From: Salpingoeca rosetta
Lineage: Eukaryota > Protista > Choanoflagellata
NCBI GenBank assembly: GCA_033442325.1
Contig: JAWQFM010000006.1
Span: 1,019,200 to 1,083,199 of the forward strand
Direction of reading: 5' to 3'
DNA: 64,000 nucleotides
The translations under genes and the position numbers were made by a program. The notes under the pieces were generated by a model. It made no database searches. It saw only the letters and a list, made by a program, of their open reading frames with translations, and had not been told where the DNA came from. Below, piece after piece: positions 36,741-47,708 of the stretch. Position 1 is the first letter of the stretch. Each line of letters starts with the position of its first letter.

Positions 36741-39420
36741 TAGATAGATAGATAGAAACCAAGTGCCTCGGTGCGAGGCTCATGTGTAGTGCTGCGACTG
36801 TCGCTTAGACAGTTGCAGGGGGCTCTGTTGCGGCCGGGCCACCCGGGCTTCGTGAGGTCACTGGGGCGCTGCGTGGCTGTCCCTCATCGTTGTCGGTGGT
36901 GGCGGTGGCAGCGGCGGTGGCAGCAGTGCCGTTGTTGCTGTCATTGCTGCGCTGGCCGCTGTGGCCGGGGGGTGTGGTCTGCGGATGCTTGCGCTTGCGG
37001 GTGCGCTTGCCCTGTTGGTGGTTGCGCTGGGCTTGAGCGCGCGCTCGTTGTACCGTCTGGGTGCTCTGGCGGGGAGTGTGTGTGTCTCCCGCCCGGACCG
37101 AGCCCGGCTGGTTTTTGCCCCGCTTGTCGTGAGGCATCTGGCCGATGCACCGGAGGTTCGCGTAGCACTCAGCCTTGCATCTCGCGATGGACAACACTTG
37201 CCGCCAGTACGTGCTGCTGTGCATGGAGGTAAAAGTGCGCACGTGTGGTGGTGTTTGTGGGTCCGTCGTGGACATAAGGTCGCTGCTGAAGAACTTCCGG
37301 AACTTCGAGCCCCAGGCGCCCGAGCCGGCCTCGATCGCAATCGGCACAAATTTGAAGTCGCCCTGGTCGCGTAGGATGGCCTGGTACTTCTTGATCTTGC
37401 GTTGTTCCGCCTGCGACGCCGCGTAGAGGTTGACTTTGGCGGCCTGTGGTTGGTACGAGCTGGCCGCGGGGGCGGCAAACACGAGGTCAAACACGGTGTA
37501 ATCGCCAGACTTGTCGAAGCTGAGGATGTCACCGCGCTTGCCGCCTGCGCCTGGGAAGCCGGAGGGCTCTTGTGTCGCGCGGCGGTTGAGCTGCATGAAG
37601 GCCCGGGCAATGGCGTTCTGCATGTAGTCGTGCCGGCCCGTTCTTGTGGAGTCGCAGACTTCTGCGTGGTCCAGCTTCATCTCGCGCCCGCAGCAGTAGC
37701 AGCTGCCTGATGCACGCGACTCGGAGCAAGGTGTCCGAATCCGCTGGCTCAGAGCAAACCGAAACACCTTGTCCGACATCCGTAGGTCCTTGCAGCTGGG
37801 CAGGGCCAGGAGCCACTCGTAGCCGCCGTGCAGGCTGGCTCCTCGTTGAATGGCTCGGTTGCGTGGGTTCTCGTCCCAGCCCGTCTTCCTGTCCATGATC
37901 TGGGTCAGGAACTGCTGCAAGCTGCGAGCGTCGTGGTTTAGAACGTCCCTCGTGTCACGGGGGCCGTCGTCGCCGAGGTGCAGATCCGCGATGGCTTGCG
38001 CTATCTCCGCCTCCAATTCGGCGCCCGGCGTGGTGTATGCTTGGAAAGGGTGGTGAGGGCTCTTGCTGAAGCTGCAGACGGAGCCGAGGAAGGCGGCGGG
38101 GGCGACGCTTGTCTGCCTCCGTAGCCCAAGGCCTCCTTGTTTGATGGGTCGTCGTGCCCGCGTCAGGGCCCGCGATGACAGGGGCTTGAAGGCGCCCATC
38201 ATGCGCCGAAGCTGCTCCGCGATAATGTCGTCGAGCGCTTCGCAGTGCTCCTTCGACCGACGGGTCGTGCGCATGAAGTAGCCGGACTTGGTCGTAATGC
38301 AGTACCGAAGGAACTGGAAGACCAGTTGCGCCGGCAAGTGGGCGCTCGCCAGGTCGAGAGCCCTCCGTGTCTCGTCGAGGTGGGATGCCTCGTATGGCCC
38401 GAAGAGGGGGACGCCCAGCACTTTCGCGGTCTGGTCGCCGTAGGGGATGACGACCGTCTTGTCTTCATTGATCTTCAGCCCCGTCCGGCGGATCTCCATG
38501 TCGAGCCGCTCCGCGGCCGCCTTGACGTCATCGCGCGGGCCAACGATGTAGGTGTCATCAAGGTACGCGACGACGGTGACCGTGGGGTGGGCCTTGTCGG
38601 TTTCCTTCAGCGCGTGGATCGTGGCGAGGGCAAAATACGCCGGTGAGAGCGGACCGCCCTGCGCGATGCCATCGCGCATGTGGAGGGTGTCGCCACCCGG
38701 CGTGACGACGACCGGTGCCTGGCCGTACGTCGCCAGGAAGCAATGTGCGAGGCTCGGGAAGCGGCGGCTGATGGCGTCGTAGATTGAGCGTCGCGTCACT
38801 GCGCCAAAGGCGTTGGAGATGTCGAGCGCCTGCGCCACGTGGTCCCGGTGGGCCCGCAGGTACTCACGCAGGCCATGCACGATGCACTCTGTGCCGGCGG
38901 GGATGCCGACGCCGAGTTGGTGCGGGCATAGGGCGTCGGCGATCTCGGCCTTGTGCGCGCTGAAGACCGTCTTCTCCAGGAGCTTGGCGATGCTGTCCAT
39001 GGGGACCACAGGTCGGATGCCGCCATTGCTCTTCGTCAGCGGCACCACGCGTCCACCCATGAGGAGTGGCATGCGCTTCCGAAACTTGCCATGATATAGC
39101 GCGTTGACCAGCTTCGGCAGGGATGCTCCGTGCTCGTGCAGCTGCGCCAGGGTCGCGGGCGTGAGCCCGGTGGCGCCCGCCGCCGCCTGCCTGTCCAGCG
39201 TGTACAGCGCATCCGTGATCTTTTCTGCCGGGAGATCGTCGATGGTGGTTCTGGCGAGTGGCCCGTCGCCGCCAGCGTCGCCGCCGCTGTTGTCGTCGCC
39301 CCTGCTGGGCAGGCCTGCGCTGCCTGTCGTGATGATCTTCTGCTTCACCTGCTCCTTGATGTCGTCGCTCCACTCCGCGACGGAGGCGGTGTCGCGGAGG
39401 ATCGAGTGGCCTTTGGACAT
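36741..39420 (-). mobile_element. Non-LTR retrotransposon of the restriction-like endonuclease (RLE) type, CRE-clade-like; 5' boundary uncertain
   Basis: Intact intronless 871-aa ORF, a ~50-nt 3' UTR with two hairpins, and a (TCTA)4 tail at 36741-36756. The region lacks the microsatellites seen in host DNA. No target-site duplication found. Confidence 0.9.
36805..39420 (-). CDS. Reverse transcriptase + CCHC knuckle + restriction-like endonuclease polyprotein
   Basis: RT motifs: PLTKSNGGIRPV, HQLGVG, LDISNAFG, GIAQGGPLSP, VVAYLDD, GLKINEDKT, KVLGVP, GGLGLR. Then CYCCG..DHAEVC, RHD, and EPSG..KRGDI..FDLV..EQRKIKKY..FVPIAIE..GAWG. Confidence 0.95.
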   Translation of the reverse strand: MSKGHSILRDTASVAEWSDDIKEQVKQKIITTGSAGLPSRGDDNSGGDAGGDGPLARTTIDDLPAEKITDALYTLDRQAAAGATGLTPATLAQLHEHGASLPKLVNALYHGKFRKRMPLLMGGRVVPLTKSNGGIRPVVPMDSIAKLLEKTVFSAHKAEIADALCPHQLGVGIPAGTECIVHGLREYLRAHRDHVAQALDISNAFGAVTRRSIYDAISRRFPSLAHCFLATYGQAPVVVTPGGDTLHMRDGIAQGGPLSPAYFALATIHALKETDKAHPTVTVVAYLDDTYIVGPRDDVKAAAERLDMEIRRTGLKINEDKTVVIPYGDQTAKVLGVPLFGPYEASHLDETRRALDLASAHLPAQLVFQFLRYCITTKSGYFMRTTRRSKEHCEALDDIIAEQLRRMMGAFKPLSSRALTRARRPIKQGGLGLRRQTSVAPAAFLGSVCSFSKSPHHPFQAYTTPGAELEAEIAQAIADLHLGDDGPRDTRDVLNHDARSLQQFLTQIMDRKTGWDENPRNRAIQRGASLHGGYEWLLALPSCKDLRMSDKVFRFALSQRIRTPCSESRASGSCYCCGREMKLDHAEVCDSTRTGRHDYMQNAIARAFMQLNRRATQEPSGFPGAGGKRGDILSFDKSGDYTVFDLVFAAPAASSYQPQAAKVNLYAASQAEQRKIKKYQAILRDQGDFKFVPIAIEAGSGAWGSKFRKFFSSDLMSTTDPQTPPHVRTFTSMHSSTYWRQVLSIARCKAECYANLRCIGQMPHDKRGKNQPGSVRAGDTHTPRQSTQTVQRARAQAQRNHQQGKRTRKRKHPQTTPPGHSGQRSNDSNNGTAATAAATATTDNDEGQPRSAPVTSRSPGGPAATEPPATV

Positions 39421-40015
39421 TTCTCTTTGTAATCATGATCGAACAGCGAGCATGTCAACAGCCACATCACAGCACATCAAACACAACAATTGCTTCTTGG
39501 ATGGGCAGCAAAGCGGCACGCTACACATGCACCATCGGGGCCAGCCAAGAAGCGCACCAAGCAAAAGCGTACAACGAGCTGGCTAATACGCAACACAAGC
39601 ACACGTTCTCGCACACGTGAGCGCTCACCTGGCACAGCACACGAAATACACCTCACACAAACATAACGTGTCCAATTAACACCACTGAGGCAACGGGAAA
39701 GCTGAGGTGAGAGGGAAATGGGACGAAACAGAAGACACAAGCGAGCGAGGAGCATATGAGCAACGCACACTGACGACGCTCGCGCCTGTCCAAGCAAAAC
39801 AGGCCAGAACAGAGGAATTAAGGCCAGGGCAAGGAGGAAGGAAGGAAGACAGAAACGCGAGCAAGGGAAGAAGGGAAGAAGGGAAGAGGGAAAGGGCAAA
39901 GGGGAGGAGAAAGAAAAGAAACGATTGGGGAGATCGGGGAAGGAAAAGAAGTGCAGCCATAAGAGGCCGCAGGCACAGCGGCGATGCAAGATGCATCAGT
40001 GCAATGGCAGACGCA

Positions 40016-43000
40016 TTACGCGCTGGTGCCATCGCGGTACCGCAGCTTGAGCTCGCGGCCCTTGACAATCTTGCCCCAGCCAATGAGGCGCCAGTGCTTG
40101 TCAATACGGCGGCTGAGTGCAATGGCCTCGCCAGGCTGCATCAAGCAATGCAATCAGAGAGCGAGCAGCAAAGGGTGAGTGGCATCACAAACCTTAGCAT
40201 CAGGTCAAACTGCGCAACACTGATTAACACGCACCAGACCTCAACTAGGCACCACCCACAACCCCAACTTCCACACACACACACATACACGCACACGCAC
40301 GAAACAGGCATCAGAACAGAAACCAACATCGCTCTCCTCCCTTCCCCCCCCCCCCCCCTCGACAACCAGTCTTGATGGTTCACCCACTGACCTCTGTGCA
40401 GACGGGCTGTGTGAGCGAGACCTTGGCAAGATCGCCCTTGACGCTCTGGACACGGCAGCCGGTGGACAGGGAGCCAATGTTGACCATAATCACCTCGCCC
40501 TTGCCCAGCTTGCTGACCTTGGCGGCCTTCTTGTCGCCCTCCGTCTTGACACCAAGGAGGCGGCGCAGCAGGAAGTAGTGGATCTCAAGCTCGCTGTAGA
40601 CAGGAGGAAGAGCACCAACGCCGCCGAGGACCTGACCAACAAGACGGTCTGCACGGCACAGCGTGGGGTCGATCAGCGTGCCCACGCCAATGAGGCCGCC
40701 AGGCACAGCATACTGCAGCGAGTTGCGCTCGGCAAAGAGCGACACAACCCGCGACTTGATGGGCATGCACTTGAACTTGTTGCCAGAGTCCTTGGTTACA
40801 ATACCAGGGCGCACCTCAATCTCCTGTAGTTGGACAGACACAGACCGAGAGAGACAGACAAACAGAGGCAGAGAGAAACGAAAGTGGAAGTATGCACAAG
40901 TTCAGGTGAGGCAAGGAAACCCACCAGGAAAACGCAAAATAACACACACGCACACACGCACACACACACACACGCACACACACACAACAGCAGCAGCAGC
41001 AGAAAATGACTGAAAGCAGGTCCACCAGTGCAAGGGGGGTCGGACCTGTCCATGCTTGAGGATGCCGTGGAGGATACTGCCGCCGGCAACGCCGCCCTGC
41101 AGGTCATCGACCTCACACCCGGGCTTGTTCACGTCAAAGGAGCGGATGACAATGAGGCGGGGGTCGGAAAGGAAGTCGCGCGTGGGGACGGGGATGTAGC
41201 GAGCAAGGTACTCGCACACAGCCTCCACGTTGTACTTGAGCTGGGCCGAGATGGGGATGATGGGGGAGCCCTCCGCCACCGTACCTGTTGGTGTTGAGCG
41301 TTAAAGAGTTGAGTGTTGAATGTTGAATGTTGAATGTGGAGTGGAGCACGTGGCACGAACGGAGTCAGGACGCAGACAAGAACAAGACGACACGACACAC
41401 ACAGTCGAGCTGCAAACCGCTGCAACGGCGCACACACGTACAAACACAGAGAGATACACACATGTATGCACACACGAGCACACATGCACGCATTTACACG
41501 CGCATGCATGGCCCATGCGGATCGACGCACCTTTGATGAAGGCTGTGATCTCCTCCTTTTGTTGTTTTGCCTGGACCTTGGTGATGAGGTCAACCTTGTT
41601 CTGGATGACGAGAATCTCCTTGAGCTTCATAATCTCGACGGCAGCAATGTGTTCCGCAGTCTGGGGCTGGGGGCAGGACTCGTTGCCCGCTGTGTCGTCA
41701 AGAACAGTGGACGTGAGCATTGGACGCAGCACAGCGCAAGCAGCAACCCTAGCAGCAGCAAAAGCACAGCAGAAAAGGCAGCAGCAGTGCACACACATCA
41801 CATAATCACACGCGCGCACACCACTCACATACACGCGCACGAAAGACCGACATGCACACATATCACACACACACACAAAAGACAAATATACACACACCAA
41901 TGAGGAGGAGAGCGGCGTCCATGACGGCGGCGCCGTTGAGCATGGTGGCCATGAGGATATCGTGACCAGGGCAGTCAACAAAGGACACGTGGCGAAGCAA
42001 CCGCAGGTGACCCTCGCAGCCGGGGCGTGGGCAGCGGGACACATCAGGGTGTGAGCTGCCTTGGGACCTGGTGCGCGACAAATACGGTGCGTGCGCATGC
42101 ACATGCATGGTGAGCAAATCAGGTAGGTACGACGGTCACCACTACCACCGCCACCGCGAACGAGCTTCAACCTCGGAACTCATCAAAGGGTCGCATGCAT
42201 GCATGCATGCGTAAAGGGCACTGCCGCAACTGCCACACAACAAGTTCCCGACATGTCTTTGCAGAAAGGAACTCACTTGTATCTGAGAAGAGGAGGGCAC
42301 GCACTGCACCTGTAGATCTACAACGAGGTTGCAGCACGAGGGGCAAGTACAGCACACAAAGACGCGACGCAAGCATGAGGATATGGACGCGAAACAAATG
42401 CATGCGTGCACGCATGCAGCGCACACATATGTGCGCCATCCACGACGAGACACATGGCAACGCTGCATACAGTCGTGGAAGCTGCTTCAGCAAACCGAGT
42501 GGGTGCATGTTGCAAAACACCACCGGGTTCTGGTGCGCAAACAGCATGAACGTGGGTGCGCGAGGGGCTCACCTTGGCGTTGGCGTAACCAAGCTTGATG
42601 GTGATGTTTCGTCGCAACTCGCTCTTGAATCGAACTGTCTGCACGCCAGAGATGGCCTTCACAAGCGTGGACTTGCCGTGGGCGACATGGCCGATGGTGC
42701 CTGCGTGACATCGAGAACAGGGAGGGAGAGGAGGCGACGAACGTGAGTCAAGAGATCAAGCAACATGCGTATGTGTGTGTGTATGTGGTGTGCATGAATG
42801 CATGCATGCATATGTGGCGAGAAATTCGAGAACACGGACGTGTGCGGCATACACGACTTGTGCGCCTTTGCATTATTCAGTGCTTTGCGCGACGCACAAT
42901 TGGCGCGCAGACTCGTGTGCGCGCATGTGCGTGTGTGTGTGTGTGTGCTTGTGGAGGAGGTGTATGAACGTTGCGTGGGTTGTGTGGTCTTGAAAACATG

Positions 43001-43368
43001 GTTGATGGGTTGATTTGATTGGTGCATGTGTGGCTGGGACTCCTTCCGAGTCAAAGTGAAGCGCGTACCAATGTTGATTGTGGCTTGGCGGCTGATGATT
43101 TGTGGGGACAGGGGGTTCAGCTTGGTTGCATCCTGTGGAGAGGGGCCGAGAAACACATGGAGGCAACGGCGGCGTTGGGAAACGCAGAGAGACAGGCCCG
43201 TGAGCAGAACAAGCGGGCATGGTTCCAAGCTGCAAATGGCGTGTGTTCACCAGCACACACAACACGCACGCGCACATGCGCATGAAGAAAGGGCCGTCAC
43301 ACTCGACCCACCAGAGTTGCGAGGTCTTGTTCAACAAGGCCGTCTGAGGCAATCTTGAGCTCGTCCAT
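40016..43368 (-). CDS. EIF2S3: Eukaryotic translation initiation factor 2 subunit gamma
   Basis: [109 protein letters not shown]. Confidence 0.98.
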
Positions 43369-43696
43369 GGCTGGGGTTGTGGAGTCAGAACAAGGGTTCA
43401 GGGACACACGTCGTCGTCAGTCGAGCGAAGGAAATGAGGGCAGTCGATGTGTGTGTGTGCGTGTGGTTGGCTGGCTGACTGGTGGTGGTGCTGGTTCGCC
43501 TTGTTACATTTGCCCGCGAAGGAAGAGGAAAAGGCACACACACACACACGTGAGAGAGAAAAACGAAGACCATCTAAAGATATTTACCAATTTTCGACAC
43601 GATAGATTTTTCGCGGATGGCTTCAACGAATGCGAAGCAGCAGCTCAAAGACACAAGCAGATCCAACAACAACAACAACAACCACAACCTGCGCTG

Positions 43697-44686
43697 ATGA
43701 GGCCGTTACGAAGGAGGGCTGTGATCGCAGCAGCCACCACCGCCACGGCGGTGCTGCTGTTGGGGGTGGTGTTGGTCGGTGGTGGTGTCGTTGTTGAGAG
43801 GGCGCAGGCCATGGAGAGCTGCCCGCTTCCCACACCAGCAAGGAACAGCGTGTCGGATGCGTTGTACGACCAGAACTACGTGTGGCTGCGCAGCGTCAAC
43901 GCCATTGACAGGAACACGCAGCGACCGACGGCACGGCGCGGTGCCACGTGCTACGTCTCGGACCGGTTCAAGTTTGTGTTCCACCACGTGCTGAAGAACG
44001 GCGGATCAACGATCATGGTGCGCCTGAAGCTTGGCATTGGCGAGACAATCCCAGGCCACAAGCCCGGTGAGCCCTGGCCCGGTGACATGCACAAGCGTGC
44101 CTTCACATCGCACGACAAGTCATGGCTGCGCAGGACACACTGCTCGAAGGCTGTGAGAGAGCTGCGGGACTACGTCCACTTCGCGTTTGTCAGGGACCCG
44201 TATTCTCGACTGCGCAGCATACAGGCATTTGCCACGCACCTGCGGCGACCTGAGCACCGCGCGTTTCCGCGGCCGATCCCGTCCCTTGACACGCTGGCCA
44301 CCTCCAGTGACCCGGAGGGCGCGTTCCGTGGTGCCACCACCATGGAGATCGGGCATGCCATGCCGCAGTCTGGAGTGGTGGCGAGTGGGAGCGGATGGGT
44401 TGTGGACTTTGTTGCGGACATTCGCTTTATGCGGGAGGCATTCCAGGACCACCTTGTCCCCGTGCTGAAGCAGAGGCTTGCTGGCACGGGCGTTGACACG
44501 ACGCCACTGGACAACTTTGCGGCGTACTTTGGCATGACAAAGCAAGTGAACGTGATGAAGAAGAAGGAAGTTGACTTGGAGGAGGAGGAGCGCATTCGCT
44601 GCCTGCTCTACAAGAGCCCCGTTTATCGCCGGGACTACGAGCTCTTCTACACCACGCACGAGCGCAAGCGACGGCAGGCAAAGTGA
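43697..44686 (+). CDS. Intronless type II membrane sulfotransferase (Sulfotransfer_2 / carbohydrate sulfotransferase-like)
   Basis: Basic N-terminus plus hydrophobic anchor (MRPLRRRAVIAAATTATAVLLLGVVLVGG). PAPS-binding motifs FVFHHVLKNGGST (5'-PSB) and FAFVRDPYSRLRS (3'-PB). C-terminal YRRDYELF. Confidence 0.88.
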   Translation: MRPLRRRAVIAAATTATAVLLLGVVLVGGGVVVERAQAMESCPLPTPARNSVSDALYDQNYVWLRSVNAIDRNTQRPTARRGATCYVSDRFKFVFHHVLKNGGSTIMVRLKLGIGETIPGHKPGEPWPGDMHKRAFTSHDKSWLRRTHCSKAVRELRDYVHFAFVRDPYSRLRSIQAFATHLRRPEHRAFPRPIPSLDTLATSSDPEGAFRGATTMEIGHAMPQSGVVASGSGWVVDFVADIRFMREAFQDHLVPVLKQRLAGTGVDTTPLDNFAAYFGMTKQVNVMKKKEVDLEEEERIRCLLYKSPVYRRDYELFYTTHERKRRQAK

Positions 44687-44896
44687 AATTCATGTCGTGT
44701 GTGTGCGTTGTATTTGTGTGCGCGTGAGTGGTGTGTGTGTGTGTTTGTGTGTGCGTGTGCGTTGTGTGTGCGTTGTGTGTGCGTGTGTGCTTGTGTTAGG
44801 TTTTGTGTTTGGATTGAATGCATGTAGCTTCGTGGCTGTTCAGACGAGGAGATATGAGCAGATGGCGGGCATCTGTGGACGTTTGCACTTATGTAT

Positions 44897-45305
44897 TCAA
44901 TCTTCGGTGCAAATCAATACGCGCCCTGCCCAGCCGTCTTGTGGCACAGTAATGTCCTGTTGTAGTACCCCGATATGCGCATGTGTGTGTGTTAGTTTGC
45001 ATCTTCTCGGGTTTGTTTCCGTACCTCGACCCTTGTGTGCAAGCCCCTCCCCCCCCCGCTGTTCTGGGGTTATAGAAGCCTTACCTCTCCGGCGGACATG
45101 TGTTTGGAGACCACCTGCATTGTTGAATTGGTGGAATCTGTGTAGTAAAAGTCCCATTTAGCCTGGCGCTCTGTTGAACACAAACGCGCAAGTGTGAGCG
45201 CGAGTGCGGACACGTCGTGCGCGAGCGAGAGTGTACATGTGAACCCTCAGGCACCGTTCCATCCGACATCCAACGTGTCATCGCAAGCGCGCGCACACAC
45301 ACACA

Positions 45306-45383
<78 letters not shown>

Positions 45384-45893
45384 CTCTCTCTCTCTCGTTT
45401 ACTCATGTGCATACGTACCCCATCCTTGTACGAGGAGGGATTGGATGTTGAGGTGTGTGGCGATGATTGCAAGACCACCACTGCGCACGTGTGCGTTCAT
45501 GGTCACATCACTGGCGCCGCCTGTTGGTCAGTTGCAAGACAAAAGCGGGGTGCAACAGTCGGCATACACGCAAACATATTGATCAGAAACGGATGTTGAA
45601 GAGGGTCGAACGCTCGTGACGCACGTGCGTGTGTCTTGCACGGGAATCCGCACACATCAGCAGGAGTGGAGGTTGACAGGCGAGGGAACAACACCTGGCA
45701 GTTGCGTAAAGTTGAGGTGTTGTAGCTCGTACGGAACATTTCTCCACACATATGTCCGGTCGGAAAAGGCTGTGGCGCCCTCAACAAACGGTCGAATGCG
45801 GAAATCCGTTCCGCTAACACAACAAGCAGGTGCGTGCGTGGACGAATGCTGGTGAGCACGCAGTCCGTGGTTGTGCATTTATTGCATGTGCAG

Positions 45894-45945
<52 letters not shown>

Positions 45946-46234
45946 GCGTGTGTAGCGATGAACAGTGGTTCCAGTTGTATGCGTCATGTTGCCATGTGTG
46001 CGTATGTGCAGGTACGTACGTGATGTGGGCTGCAGCAGGCTGCTGTGGCAACGAGGGAACAACGGCGTGGAGTGTGTACGTGGTTGTTCCAACACGAATC
46101 ACGATGGTGGTCCCGTTCTTCACCCCTGCCACCTGACATGGGAGTGAATGTTGGAGAAACACGTGTGTGCGAAGATAAGAACGCATTGCATGATGAAGCG
46201 TTGCAGAACCAACTGTTGCATGTGAAAGCGCGCG

Positions 46235-46325
<91 letters not shown>

Positions 46326-47609
46326 CGGCTCACGTGTGCATTACCTGCACGGGGTGACGGCTCTCTGCTGGCTGACCATTGATTGTGATGTTGCTGAAGT
46401 CACTCGTCACCGCCACCTGCAGCCGAGGGTGCAATCGAGATGGATGGTGCACAGGTGGAACATGTTGGGCCAGACGTGAGAAGTCCCAAGGAACGCACAC
46501 CAGATTAGCCTGGACAGATGGACGAACACAGACACACAGGCAGCTAGAGCGAAGAAATCTGAACACACAAACACATGCACACACCTGCGCGCACGCACGC
46601 GCGCACACGCACACACCCATGCACACATGAGCGAATTCACAGCCACTCGCGTGCCCGCGACAAACACAGAAAAAAAGCTCACGCCAATGGTCGTCGATGC
46701 AGCGGGAATGTCAACGGTGTACGTGTGAACATCGCGGGAAAACGAAGCCTGCATGCGCGCGTTGGACACAGTGATGTCTGAAGCTGCAAACACGACAGTC
46801 CGCCAGTCCACTGCGTACACGTTGTCATGTGCATGTGTGTGCATGACCGCAAATGTGTGTGTGGTCTTGCGTGAGCGCAAATGTGTGTGGTCTTGCGTGA
46901 GCGCAAATGTGTGTGTGGTCTTGCGTGAGCGCAAATGTGTGTGTGGTCTTGCGTGAGCGCAAATGTGTGTGTGGTCTTGCGTGAGCGCAAATGTGTGTGT
47001 GGTCTTGCGTGAGCGCAGACACACGGGGAAGAGGTTGGTTGGGTGTGATCGACTGCAATCGGTGCTACAGCCTGTGCGTGCCAATGCTGTTGATGCAGGA
47101 AGGACCATGTGTGCGCGTGCATCTTTCGCTGTGGTTGTACAGACCAATGCGCTTGAATGTCATGCGATTGCTGTTATGGTAGGACACGGCTCCCCTGCGC
47201 ACACGTGATGATGCCCATCATACAACAGCGCAAATGCAAGGTGGTGACAGCAGCACAGTTAGCAGCGCCAGTGAGCAAGCAGGGCACCGGCTGAGGTCCT
47301 ACATGAACATGTACCATGCACACGAGTACCTGTGCACACAGGTGGCGTGTGTGTGTGTGTGTGCGTGCCATGCATGACCACACGTTGCACAGACCTGTAT
47401 GCTGTGCGAATGACGTAAATGATGTCATCACTGGCCGTGCCATCAAACTGCCAGTCCACATAATGGAAGCCGGTGTATCGCACGGAATCATCTTCCGGAA
47501 ACCCAGTGTCATCCTTCGTGCACGTGTGATTTTGTGAGTGTGAGTGATTGTGTGTGTGTGATTTTGTGAGTGTGAGTGATTGTGTGTGTGTGATTGTGCG
47601 TGTGTGTGC

Positions 47610-47708
<99 letters not shown>

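Noticed and set aside
36721-39440. Target-site duplication around the retroelement
   Set aside because: Only a 5-bp AATCA match lies near both ends and it does not clearly abut the junctions; this is consistent with chance.
39421-39455. Faint U6 snRNA-like words on the minus strand (TGCTCGCT...ACAAAGAGAA) at the retroelement 5' junction
   Set aside because: Spacing is wrong, ACAGAGA is not exact, and there is no downstream AGC triad or internal stem-loop. It cannot be supported as an snRNA target without a covariance-model search.
39707-40375. 222-aa plus-strand ORF between the retroelement and eIF2-gamma
   Set aside because: It is antisense to the last eIF2-gamma exon and its purine/pyrimidine-biased 3' region, and shows no recognisable motif.
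43355-43696. Extended N-terminus of the 443-aa sulfotransferase ORF in the track
   Set aside because: It starts at a non-ATG codon overlapping the eIF2-gamma start and promoter. ATG 43697, just before the membrane anchor, is the more plausible start.
46848-47017. CRISPR-like appearance of the 28-bp partly palindromic repeat
   Set aside because: Units are contiguous with no unique spacers, there are no cas genes, and it lies in a eukaryotic intron.
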